Of a stretch of 64,000 bases of DNA, positions 51,959 to 64,000 are shown one piece after another. The position numbers and the translations under genes are program-made. The notes under the pieces were generated by a model that searched no databases, had not been told where the DNA came from, and saw nothing but the letters and a program-made list of their open reading frames with translations. Source of the stretch: Strigamia acuminata (taxonomy: Eukaryota); contig OX442314.1 in NCBI GenBank assembly GCA_949358305.1, forward strand, positions 29,698,001 through 29,762,000, in the 5' to 3' direction. Position 1 is the first letter of the stretch, and each line of letters starts with the position of its first letter.

Positions 51959-52357
51959 TATACTCTGTCCATGTGTAACTTGGACTTATTTCCGATTGGC
52001 TGAGCCTCATAACTCACTTTGTGCTGCCACCAGGAATAAATAGTTCAGAGTGGTTTTAAATTTGTTTGATGATTTTAATCATTGAAATGATGTAATGTTG
52101 TTTGTATTTTCTAAGAAATGTATCTTGAAGTCATAAAATAAAGATTTATGTTGGTTTATTTCAACATTCCTGTTTATCAAGTTTATTGTTTGCTTCTTCC
52201 AGGGAACAAAACAATTTTCAATTTGTTTTATTGGTTGTTTTGTCTGGAAAGCAGTCAAAATGGCAACCATTGTTTAGATCTATTTTTGGTATCACTGCAC
52301 AAGTGAAAAGGCTCAGCCAATCGAAAATAGGCCCAAGTTACACATGGACAGAGTATG
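51959..52357. mobile_element. TATACTCT-type MITE, copy B
   Basis: TATACTCTGTCCATGTGTAACTTGG...ATTGGCTGAGCC mirrored at the right end. Confidence 0.85.
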
Positions 52358-55300
52358 GATGTTTTTTTGCTTCGTGTCATTGTGAGCAACAATTCACAGC
52401 ATTGTGAACCAGCCTTAACGTATAAAAATCTTTTGCATTGTTAGTTATCTCTCAAGAACAGTGGTTAGTATCTTGGGTAACCACTCCTCTGTGGGACCAC
52501 TTAATTTACCATAAATAACTTGACCTTGGGACACCCCATTAAGGTCATTCCAATTATTTCCCCTCTTGTAACTGAAAGATAATAAAACTTTTCTAATTAT
52601 GAGGTTGCAAAAGCTCTATAAATTATCCTAAAAAATGTTGAGTTTCTTTTGTTGAAATTTCAGGTGTCGAGATCGAAACTGTTGTCATAAATTTAAAAAT
52701 AAAATGGAATTGGTTTTCAATTCATTTTGAATTGACTTTACATTTGAATAATTATGAGGTAGGTTTGTTTTTGAAAAAAGATTTTTTTTTTTCTTTGTTA
52801 AAAAAAATCCAATAGATTTTGTATAAAAATGGCAAGAATTTTTATTTGTTTTATCTATTCTTGTTTTAATCGTTTCGCTTCAGTTTCTCGTTCTATACCG
52901 TTATTGCAGATGCTCAAATGAGATTTTTTGTCCCTTTTATTTTTGCAGGAAAAAATTTCCAGACAAAGTCGTGCGAATGCAATTTCTCGCTGCGTTGCAA
53001 ACATATTTATTTTTCTTTTTATAAAACTATAAAAGCATTTTTTTTTCTTTGTTTTTGTTACTGGAAATTTCACTGCATTAAAATTTAAAATTTAAAATTA
53101 TTTTTTAAAGAATTGTTTGTAAATTTAACTACTCGAATTTTAAAGGGTGTTTATTTATACATAGTCATAAATTTTCAGTAATCAAAATTATAAATTTTAA
53201 TTTTACCTGTTTATTTCGGCCATTACTTCATGTACCAGCAATGTGGAAGAATTTATGGTTATTAATGCAGTTTTCATGATTTACAAGCAGCAGATTTCAA
53301 TGCCTAATCTGATTATTGCCATGGTGTTTTCTCATACAAGGTGTAGGAACATTGATTTCACTCCAAGTGTTGAAATGTGGGGAATGAAACAAAGGAAATA
53401 AAATTCACTTAGAAACAATTGTAAAAGAAAATTGTATTTATTTGAAAAATGTCTCGGGGATGAAACTACGGCGTTGTAACTTTATTTTAAAAAAAATTAA
53501 AGTAAATTGATTTTTAAGTTGTTTTTAGGGCATGTTCCCATTGTTGGAGTGTTGTGATATGTTGCATTGCAGCTACATACAGTAATTGCAAAAATAATTT
53601 TTTTTAAAAATTAAATTGTCATATTGTTTCATGCCAAATTGAACAATAGACCTTTGGAAAAATGAGGTCAGGTGATATGATCATATGATCGTAACAATGT
53701 TCAAAAATCTTCTCTAAGTTGGCTTGAAATAAAAACACTTGTTATTTCCAAACTGCATTATATTATAATTTTCCAGTGGTCTGTTATAATTGAAATAAAA
53801 TGTTTTCATGATTTAATTTTGAACGCAAATTGTACATTTTAAGTAACTTGTAAATGTAATACGTCAAGCAATAAGAAAATGCAAAATATGGCTGACTCGG
53901 CAATCTACGGTAGTTGTCGAAGTGCTCCATCGGCAGTTTATTATTGAAAACCGATTCTGGGGAATCTGATTGTTAGAAAATGATGTTATTTACATCTTTT
54001 TTTATTGCTGAAATCAAACAATTGGATTCATGGAAGAAAGCTGGTTTAACTTTATTTTGTTGTTTAAAAAAAGAAAAAAAACAATACAATGCTGGAAAAC
54101 TACATTATTTCAACAAAGTTATTAACATGTTCGTTGTGTGCACTTAATATTAAATTTTATTGAAATGATGTGTTTGTGTTGCAATTACTACCATTACTAC
54201 AATAAATATTTGCTATTCAGCTGAAAACAAGGAAGTTTAGGTACGTTTTTGCCAATTTAAAATCTGCACGCACGCATCCGATTCATTAAAAATGACTTAT
54301 TGGGTTTCGATTACGGAATTCTTTTTGATGCGTTCATAATTTTTTTGACTTTTCATAAATCAAATTATCATAAGCAAACTATCACAAGTAAAATGTGTTT
54401 TTTTTATAAGTTGCCTAATTGTGCACCTGTGCACTATTTGCAAAAATTTCTTTTCCCCCTGCGCGTAATTGGAGGCTCGTTTGCTATTGGCAAATTTTTT
54501 TAATTATTGTGGGGTGTTAGAGGCCCGCAGACAATTAGAAGATAAACCACACGATTTTAAGTGAAATAACACATACTGTACTGCCTCGTTTAAATGCCCG
54601 GGTTCATTAAGACGACAGGTCCGTTTTAGTGCCGGGCTGTCATCGGCAATCTACAGAATTGGCGCCGGTCCCGATTAAGCGCCGGGTTCATGCATAGTTG
54701 GAGCAAGAAAGAAGGCATCAGCAACAGAATAAAGTGGCGATATAAAATCATGAAGCAACTGAAGAAGCAACCGTAAGCGATCGGCTTACTTTTCAAAGGC
54801 AGCTAGTGATTGGTTGGACACCATTTGTTGCTGCAACTATAGTACGGAGTATTAACTTCTTTTACTGTTTCTTTTCGGCTGTTACTGTGAAGGCTAGCGT
54901 AATAGGTTGGAGTGGATATTATCAACTTTTATAGCTGACAATTGTAAAATACACTTTCACACCAATTGAGAGCCGTTAGCTTTCTTGGAACGTGAACAGG
55001 TCTCCAGTGGAATAGGCCTTGCGGCCTAAGGTCAGCGTTGAAGTGATTGCAGGCGGTGAAACTCGCAGAAGTGGAAACAAGCTGCCTTAAAGGTGGGATA
55101 GTTTTGACAGGTTTGCTTTGCTTCTGGTTAAACTAAATGGCAAATGCTGAGCTTTATTTGCATACTTATTATGAATTTCTCAGAGCTATTATTACACTTT
55201 TAAATTCAAATTGCATTGTTGCGGTGAGTGCAAATGACGCTGATTTGGGTTCTGAACTCTAATGTGATTTCAAGCGAGAGCGAAGAAATGTGCGGTAACG

Positions 55301-58300
55301 TGAATATTGGTATCAATGTATGATATTACTAGTGGTACATTATTACAGTAACGTTGTTGTGTAAACAAAATTAATGTCGAGATGAAATCTGCTTCTGGCA
55401 TTTATTCCGTGGATTACACCAACAAAATGACGACCAAGTGAAGAGTTTGTAAGATATAGCTGAGAAGTTATTGATATAGTTATCTAGTGGTCGGTTTAAA
55501 ATTCCTTGGCGTGGTGGCGTGTCTGGTTGAAATTCAGGTTGCACTGCTGCTGAAACAAGCAAATGGATGCATGGCTTGTGGCTGTGGAGAAGGCAATCTT
55601 ATTGTTGGGTCTGTCGTGGAATAGGAAAATAAGATGGGAGTTTGTTGAAATCAATTTTTTAAGGTGATTGATTCAGTTGTTGGGGCAATTAATATTGTTG
55701 AAATATTTGTCAGATTATGGTTTAAAAGTTTGTCTGTTTACATAAAAATGCTGAACGTTTTATTGACACATTTATCTAATCTTTGTTGGATGTGTTTGTT
55801 TGTTTTTATTTTTATTCTTATTCTTAAAGGTTATTTGTTGACATGAAATTATGCTGAAATAATGAGAATGTTATCAAACAACAATAATTTAGCATAACAG
55901 TAAACAATGTACAAATAATACTGTATACTTGATTTTGTGAAATCCTATACATCTTGGACTTGTTAGCCAGTGTTTAATATCGGCGCAGGTTTTGGTAACG
56001 GCCGATATTCGGTTGCCGATTATTGGTATCGGCGATACTACAAAATATCGATATCGGTCAAAGTCTAATTTGTATGTATAATTGGACATTAAGTTTATGT
56101 ACTATACATACGAAGTTAGAAGAGTGATAAAAAAAATTGATAACTGCTGTTTGAATAACCGGTCCTTCGCAGTATCTAGGTTCGGATAATTGACTCTCTA
56201 CTCTACATATTTTTCTCGGCTGGGAAGGAAAAATCAATATTTAGAAGGAAAAAAAATATGAATATATTTTGTTTGATTAATTTAGCAATTCTGAATTTGT
56301 AAACGGTGCTGGAAGACGAAGAGATGGATTGCTATAAATTGTCACGGGTGCACATCGAGGTTGTTATGCTACTGACAGAGTTCAAGCCCAAGGGTGACAA
56401 AGCAGAATATTGCTGTTTTTTTTGTGGAATGAGAAAAAAAAAAGTCATATGGATCGCATTGGCAGCACGGGTAACAATTCGCCCATGGAGTTTGAAGGTG
56501 GGATCAAACATACCTACTATGCCATAAAGGAGGCAATCTTTTGAAAAATGAAATTCCACTTGCGCGAGATAGATTTTGGGAGTTTTGTGCTTTGTAATTT
56601 GCAATGTAAAATAACCGCGTACGGTATGCGAAAAGTGCCGTTGGTATATTGATGCGGTCTTTTTTTTATTTATTTAAGATAGATAGGTAACCATTTTTTT
56701 TCCAATAAGAAGCTCAATGCATTATCGGTAAAAAATGTGGGAATCACTAATGCCTTGTCCACACTTAAGCCACTTTTCTACAAACCCACTTTAAGAAAAG
56801 CGCCGGGTTTCCCAAAAATTATCCATTTTTGAACAAGCGGTGATTTTTCGGGGGGGGGGAGGTTATTGGTTTTTAAGTGTTTTTTCTGTTTTCTTAGGTT
56901 TTTAGTAAGGTTTTTAAGTGTTTTTTCTGTTTTCTTAGATTTTTAGTAAGGTTTTTAAGTGTTTTTTTTTCTGGACCTCGATAAAAATTTTCAATAGTAT
57001 CCGGACCCCACTTAAAATTATTTGCCGACCCCTGGTCTAGAAAAATGAATTTAATTTTGTTTTTACACGATTTATTTTGATTTAACACGGTTATTTATAA
57101 AGATTTTCAAAATTTGTAATTTTGATTTTTGTGTTTATTTTTGTATCTTTTAACATCAGAATACAAAAACATTAACAACCGACAAGTATAACACAATTTT
57201 TTGAATGCATCTATCGTGTAAAAGCAGAATTGGGCATAAACGCATAAAGTTTTCTGGAAAAATTAAATTTACCCTTTTCTCTTCGCAGGAAACTGTGTAC
57301 ATGCAAACTCAGAAATTGATTCTTGTGTTGTTCTGCTGAGTAAAGATGCATACCATCGGCACAAGATGACTTAAAGAGGATCACTGCTGTTGCAGGACAT
57401 TTATAATCAAATGCATTAAGTGATGAAAGCTCTTGTTTCTAATATGAGAGGGCCTTACAATCCCCTGGTGTGCAGATAGAAAACATCACTTTAATGCTTT
57501 GTGAAATGTTGTCTAGGTTTAGTGCATTTATTCTTAACTGGTGTCTTGCTTCTGTCCATTTATTCTGAACTGTTATCTAGTTTCTGTACAGTCTAGTGAA
57601 ATGTCCTATGCAGGAAGAATAAATTGTTCCATTTTTATTCTTGCAGCATTACATTTCTTTTTGGTAACCTGAAGTCTACATTAGCTACTGGAAGATGTAT
57701 TATTCAAGCAAAAAAGGAAGAAATGACATGTCGCTTGCAAATCTCTTTATGCCATTATTATGTAGATTTTTTTTTTATCAAGAACATAAATATTTTACAA
57801 GAAAAAGGTTTATGTTGAATATCAAGTGAGTTTTGTGTCATCATTGGCTTAAAATGGTTATCTTAAGCTAGAGATTGTGTCAGGTGACATTGTAGTTGAG
57901 GCAGAATAAAATGGTGTTGCATGTCACTGGTATCCAGTGCAGGAAAATGCTTGGTTTTAAAAAAAAATAAATGGAAATGCATTTTCTTTGCTCTGGGTTG
58001 TTGTCCATTGTTAAAGTTACTTTCCCATTTTTCTTTGTAGTTTCTATTCAGAAATTGATTTATTTTTGTTAAAAAAAATTCGTCTGGTCATTGTTGATTT
58101 TAAAATTGTTTTTATTATGATTGTTATTTTTCTGGTGCTTTTTATTGACTGAATATTATACAATGCAAGAGAAGGATGTTTTCTTTTATGCGGTCCGGTA
58201 ATGGATTTGTAATTTTATTCTTTTAATTGATTGGTTTTTGTTGATCTGAAACAAAACATCAGCAATATTGGACATTAATGGAATAATTCTTATTCTTTGG

Positions 58301-58855
58301 CAGAATTGTATTGTTTTGTCAATATCCCCCAGATAGATTCTTTAATGTTGCCCCTGCAAGTTTATTATACCCAGCAGCTTATTGCGGAATGTTCCACTAA
58401 ATAATGGCAAATAGTTTTTTCTATGCTATTTCTTTATGGTTTAGGCTTATTCTTTACTTTGCCGTCTGTCGGTGGTTAATAATAAATCACAATAGGCTCA
58501 GGCATTAAGAATAAACGGTTTATTCTTAACGGTCTGAGCTTATTGCAGTTTTTTTCCTGTCCTTTTGTCGAATTTTCACCATCTAGTGTTGATTAAATGT
58601 CTCGTTTGCATTGTTAATGCAACACAGTCGAGGCTTTGCTGTGGCGTAAGGGGTTGTTAGGAGACATTGTTGCCAACACTGCTGACTAAATTTCAGAGAA
58701 TTCTGTATTATAGATTTGGAAAACTTTTAACATTGGGTATCGATCTGTCCGTAGACTATGCCAAATGCAACTCCAGTGGTACGGAGGATCGATTTAAAAT
58801 CGCGTCTATGTATATACGATATTAAATCGTTCATTGTGTTACTTGGGAATGTAGT

Positions 58856-59212
58856 ACAGTCAAAACTCTCTATAACGAATCGCGATATAACGAATTATCG
58901 ATATAACGAATTGTTAAAAATGATTTGGTTGGCCAGCCATAGAACACCATGTTAAATATTTTCAATATAACGAATTTCAATATAACGAATTATTTGTTAT
59001 AACAAACAAGTTTTTATGTACACTGTGATACCCACAATCCTTTGTTATTACGAATTTTCAAAATTGAGACTCACATCCGATGCCCATATTTAGAAACCAA
59101 AGGAAAATGAAAAATTAACTGTTTTAAAATGGCTGCTAAACAAAAGGCAATTTTGATTCAGGACAAGTTGAACATTATTAATGCCATTGATAATGGCAAG
59201 AAAATTTTTTAG
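58856..59212 (+). mobile_element. 5' fragment of a Tigger/pogo DNA transposon with transposase N-terminus
   Basis: TA|CAGTCAAAACTCTCTATAACGAA TIR; ATG at 59129 gives MAAKQKAILIQDKLNIINAIDNGKKIF*, resembling the CENP-B/psq-type HTH start of Tigger transposases. Confidence 0.7.
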
Positions 59213-60895
59213 GAACTAAAGGACGATTGGTTCATTGTGTGCAACGGCGATTTCTTTGGCTTTAACCACAGCGGGTTTTTTGCATCAAAGACAAGCCACA
59301 CATCTGGCACCCTTTACTTATGAGGTGTGATGCCCATAAATAAACGGTATAACAAAACGTATTGTTAAATAATTCCTTATTGTTTATACTTGATAGAATT
59401 TTGTTTGAATCAACAATTGATTTTTTTTTAGCTCCAAAACTCAATATCAAGTGGCTGCAAATTTGAGTATTTAGATTTTAGTAGACATTCCAAAAAAAAA
59501 TTACCAACTTCCAAACAGTGAATGGGATGGTAATTGCTGCTCATTTGCAATTTGGAAAGTTGAATGTCGTCTAACATGAAAAAGTTTCCCCATCCCTGCA
59601 GTGAACCCGCGGGTTTCGGAAGCCACATGCACTTTTCATTCGTATTGAATGCATTTATTCCAACTTACATTTGAAAGTGCTTGTGCAGTTTGCATCACTC
59701 TCCCTTAAGACAAATCTGAAGAATGGAAGAGAAAAAAAACGACAACAACCATCTTTCGGTCTGTTCTTGAAGTAAAAGTTGATGTAAAATTATATTACAC
59801 AGACTGTCAGCCAGTCTATCCCATAGCAACAATATTGCAATACAATATATTGTTAGTTACCAAGGAAATCCCCTTTGTACAGAAATCAAAACAAAACCAT
59901 TCATTCTTTGCCTTCTTCTGCTCAACCGGCTTTCTATCCGTTGTCATATCTCGAAGAATGTCATATCATACAAATCACATGGTATCGCGGGTTCCAGCAA
60001 AGACATTGCAAGCATAACAACACATAAGAAGCCCAAGGTACTTAGCTTTAAAGATGAAATGTCTTTTATGACATAATAATCTTTGCAGACACTCCGGTGG
60101 CCACAAATGAAAACATTCATTTCAAAATCTAGCGTTCTTTTTTTTATTACAGCGCTAGGTAATTGAGTTAGCTGTTTGAATGTTAATAAAAAGTAATGTT
60201 GGGCCTTCATAGGAGTGGTAAGTTATTTAAATTGGTTGGGCATAGTGGATATTGATGACCGGCCATCAAGCGAAGATGTGGGGAATTTCTCATATATGCA
60301 ATGATAAACAAGCGAAGGAGGAAAATTCAACCGACAAAGAAGAATTTTTATAGTTTGGGTGCTTTTAAGTTGTTTAGGGTAATTTTATGTTATTGTGGAC
60401 AGGAAAAGTTTATGTTCAGTCGGATGGAAATGGTCTAGAATGAAAAAGTTTTAGGGCCTGGAGTCTAACTTCGCTGCGGTGAAGCCGCTTAAAGCGAAAA
60501 GCCGTTGTTTTCACCAATGTGGTACTGAGGGATGAATTATAGATTGTTTGCACCACCTTTACTTTAGGAGTTCACTTTAGCTGTGGGAAATTGGGAGGTG
60601 AATATTTTAATTTGTAAAGTGAATCATAAATTATTAATTAGTAAGGTAGTTTCTTTATGGTTAAAGATAACACTAAATGATGATGCAATGAATTATTACA
60701 TTTCTTGTGACTACTTTGTAAAACTACTGCTTGATGCAGGTGTGTTTGACTAGTTACTGCCCTTGAATTGTATTTGCAACAGTGGGGGGGGGGCATCAAT
60801 ATACCTTTTTGGTGCAATTCTCTTATTGAATTTGAAAACATTTTTTTGGTTTTCTCTACTTTGCTGAAAATGTCTGGAAAATAATTTGGAGTGTT

Positions 60896-60926
<31 letters not shown>

Positions 60927-61107
60927 TTCAATATTGAATTTTTTGCCCCTTAGGAATCCCAGCATAACTTTAAGTTGGCTTCTCCCAATTTAGATATTTT
61001 ATTTCTGCTGATTACCGCTAGGAGAAAAGTTAAGCTTGGGATGTTTTCCAGTCTAGTTGTGAATACGTAACTGTATTGGAATCAAAATGGCTGCCTAGAT
61101 GCAGTGA

Positions 61108-61355
61108 GCATATCTTTTTTTCCACATCATCACTACCGATCTTCCGCCCATTACCGATCGCCAGACATTGCTAGCGATCATCAAAATTACATTAAAAAAA
61201 CCAGTTAAGATCTTAACTGTTTTTTTAATGTGATGGGAATTGGACACTTATTGACTCGTGATATGTCTGAGAAAAATTTTGATGATCGCTAGCAATGTCT
61301 GGCGATCGGTAATGGGCGGAAGATCGGTAGTGACGATGTAGAAAAAAATATATGC
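61108..61355. repeat. Fold-back element with ~80-bp inverted arms and an inner palindrome
   Basis: CACTACCGATCTTCCGCCCATTACCGATCGCCAGACATTGCTAGCGATCATCAAAATT is mirrored exactly; inner ACATTAAAAAAACCAGTTAAGATCTTAACTGTTTTTTTAATGT. Confidence 0.8.
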
Positions 61356-64000
61356 ATGCAGTGCCAACTGTCGGGATTGTTTTGCTTTTGCTTCGGTCCT
61401 CCTAGATTTAATTATTGCGACCCCAAATAAGAACATTGTGAGCACCAAAGTGTTGTTTTCAAATCTTGCCCCTCTGAGGGTTAATAGCGGTTATACGTTA
61501 AGTGATATAACCAACCTTAAGTTGTTTGGGGAGTCGCAGCCACACAAGTAAGTGCAGAAAGAACATTCTCCAGACCTAAATTCATCGCATCGATAACCGA
61601 GATAGAATCGGAAAACCCTATCTTGTGGTGAAGCCAACGTAAGCAAAGCTCAACCCAGATAAAGTTGGCTGACGAAATCGGATCCAAAACCATTACAGCA
61701 CACGATACAATCACTCCTAAATAATCTGTATCTGTATTATTCTGCAGTTTCAGTGGAGGTATGCTTGAACGCAAACAAAAAAGCTTGAATGTTGAGTGTT
61801 GCCACGTCTGAATTTGTACGAGACAGCATTGAGGCTAGCACTCTAAAGCTGGATTTCGATTTAACAGCTTTTTTTTAGTACATTCAGCATGTATAACATG
61901 TGTACTTGCCCCATTTATGAGTATTAGAGTCTATTAAACCAGATTATTATTGAATTTGATACGAGATACATAAACTACAAGTATTTGTAAGTCCATTACG
62001 ACAAGTACCGGTAGGTGTAAATTGTCATTTATGATGACAAAAATGGCAGTTTTGAATAAGAGCCGCGGCTTTTAATCGATAAAATACCGTAATAAGTTAG
62101 TAGAGAGTTTGCGGGATGCATTTTTTCCTTATTTTGCTCCACGATACACTATTTTAGTGCCATATCGTAAGGGAAAAATCTTTAGTGTGGCGTATTCAAC
62201 ACTAAATTAAAATATAGCGCAGCCAATCAGAATTGAGAACACTATATTGTTAGCTCCGCCCATTGCAAATGGCGATTATTTTGTTGTCTCGATAAAACAC
62301 ATCACAGTCATAGGTACGTAGATTGAATGATAAGTGAGGCCCAAAACCATACTGTATAGGGATAATAACGGAATTTTATGCAGGAATTTGAGCATTTAGC
62401 CCCCAAATTGAATTTTTAGCCCCAAAATTATTAACTGTTAGTAGTTGGCTGAAATAGTGTAGTGAAAAGTGGAGCCCGCAAAAACTTAATTTTTCATTTT
62501 TTCCTTACACAACACCCCTGGACTTCTTCTTGTAGGGTTATATGAAAGATATTCTATATGTTGCCTTAAAACATCGCGCGGGAGAAATCTCTATTTTGGA
62601 AAAGCCGAGCAATATCAAAACTCTTGCCAAATTGTTACAGTTATGTTTGCAATAAAGGAAGTAGTCAAGATAATATATGTTGTTTGGAATGATATGTTTG
62701 AGCAATGAACAGAACATAACACTTACCACCTAATCTAAAATTTAGTAATAAAAACCAAACTGCGCATGTACAAAACCATGCAATAAAAATCCATGCATAT
62801 CCAGTGATTACTGCACTGTGTGTGACAGTAAAACGCTTAAAAATTCACAAATTCCATTAAACTTTTATTTTGATCTGACTTAAAGTTTTGGACAAGTTTT
62901 TGTTTTGTAAGGAACATGAAGACTTAACATTTTGTTTATTCATCAATGTAAAAGTTCATCAAATTTATTTATCCATAACTTTTGAACTCATGAAGTTCGT
63001 AACACAATAATTTTTGTCATTTTTCCAAACGTATGAAAAGCAGTCGTAGACAACACACTAACACGAAAACCATCAAAATACAGTTCTTCTGTGACATCAT
63101 TGTGAGGTAATTTCTTTTCGACTTAACCGTGCGTAAGTTGGGCTTCTCTGCATTTTTAATGGCGCTTCGCTTCTGCATGTGACATATTGTCATCTGGGAT
63201 ATAAAGTTTTATTCTCATGGGGTTTTCTGAGGTTCTGACTGTTATTGAGCAAAACGTGCGAAAAGACGTGTTTGGTTTGGCTGGTGGTTGCCACTTGACC
63301 TTTGCTGTACATGCAGTTTGTTGTCTTTGCTGCGCCAATGTGCTAGACCGCTTCTATTATCACATTTTCTAGAATTCAGTATTATTCAGTCTGCAGAGTA
63401 AACATGAAAGTGTTTACCATATTCTACCTTTGTGTGTTTTCACTTCCATTTATTTATCAAGCAGACGTAAACATGAATCTCTGGAATTTGTTATTCGATT
63501 TTAAAAGTTTGCAATTTTTATTTCATTTTTTTTTGTCATTGTTGTTGAAAACCTTTGTTGGTTTGTTTATCACTTTGTTTCTTTTTTTTTTTGTAGTGAA
63601 AAATAGTGTTTTTTCTTTTTTTTTTTTTTTTCTTAAAGTATTTTAGTCTGGGAGAAACATCTGGAAACTGCAATTTCAATCCTTTTATATGATCTTTTCT
63701 TTGTTGTTGTAAAATACTGTGTTATTGTTTCTAGTCTGTGTTGAAAATGGTTTTAAATTTGGAATTTGTTATTGTGAAACTTAAAGTGATTTTTTTTTTT
63801 TTTTTTTTTTTATATTTATTTATATTTTATTTTGTTTTTCTCATGCATCCATTAGCATTGGTGAAAATCTTTCTGAGTATTTTAACATGCAAACCTTGCA
63901 ATGGTAGTTGATAAGTTTTTAAAGAATTTTTATGTAACATGTGCTTGCATTGGATGAATTAGTCATTAGTTTTTGACCTGCACATTTTGATGAACACTCC

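Overview
AT-rich eukaryotic genomic DNA, most likely from an invertebrate animal, dense in transposable elements, with no bacterial operon, rRNA or CRISPR array. (1) 14-8853 is a complete minus-strand LTR element. It has two apparently identical 1485-bp TG...CA LTRs, a 4-bp AACC target-site duplication (TSD), a tRNA-Pro primer-binding site (PBS) and a polypurine tract (PPT), but no recognisable RT, integrase or protease. Its 674-aa and 587-aa ORFs are two halves of one ~1238-aa ORF. (2) The ORF is split by a 1.65-kb nested LTR element (3609-5259, ATCT TSD). That element has an mdg3-type truncated tRNA-Leu PBS, a tRNA-Leu 5'-end look-alike where a PPT should be, and LTRs that differ only in U5. 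(3) 9478-14404 is a DIRS1-like tyrosine-recombinase retroelement with near-perfect inverted terminal repeats (ITRs) and internal complementary region (ICR) but eroded RT and recombinase, nested in a piggyBac-like MITE. (4) The remainder holds many MITEs (including six with TATACTCT...AGAGTATA-type ends), minisatellites, tRNA-derived relics and LTR/transposase fragments. It also has a possible 3-exon minus-strand mini-gene (15376-15861) and a signal-peptide first exon (32751-32805) opening a long intron. All calls were made by eye; no database searches were run.
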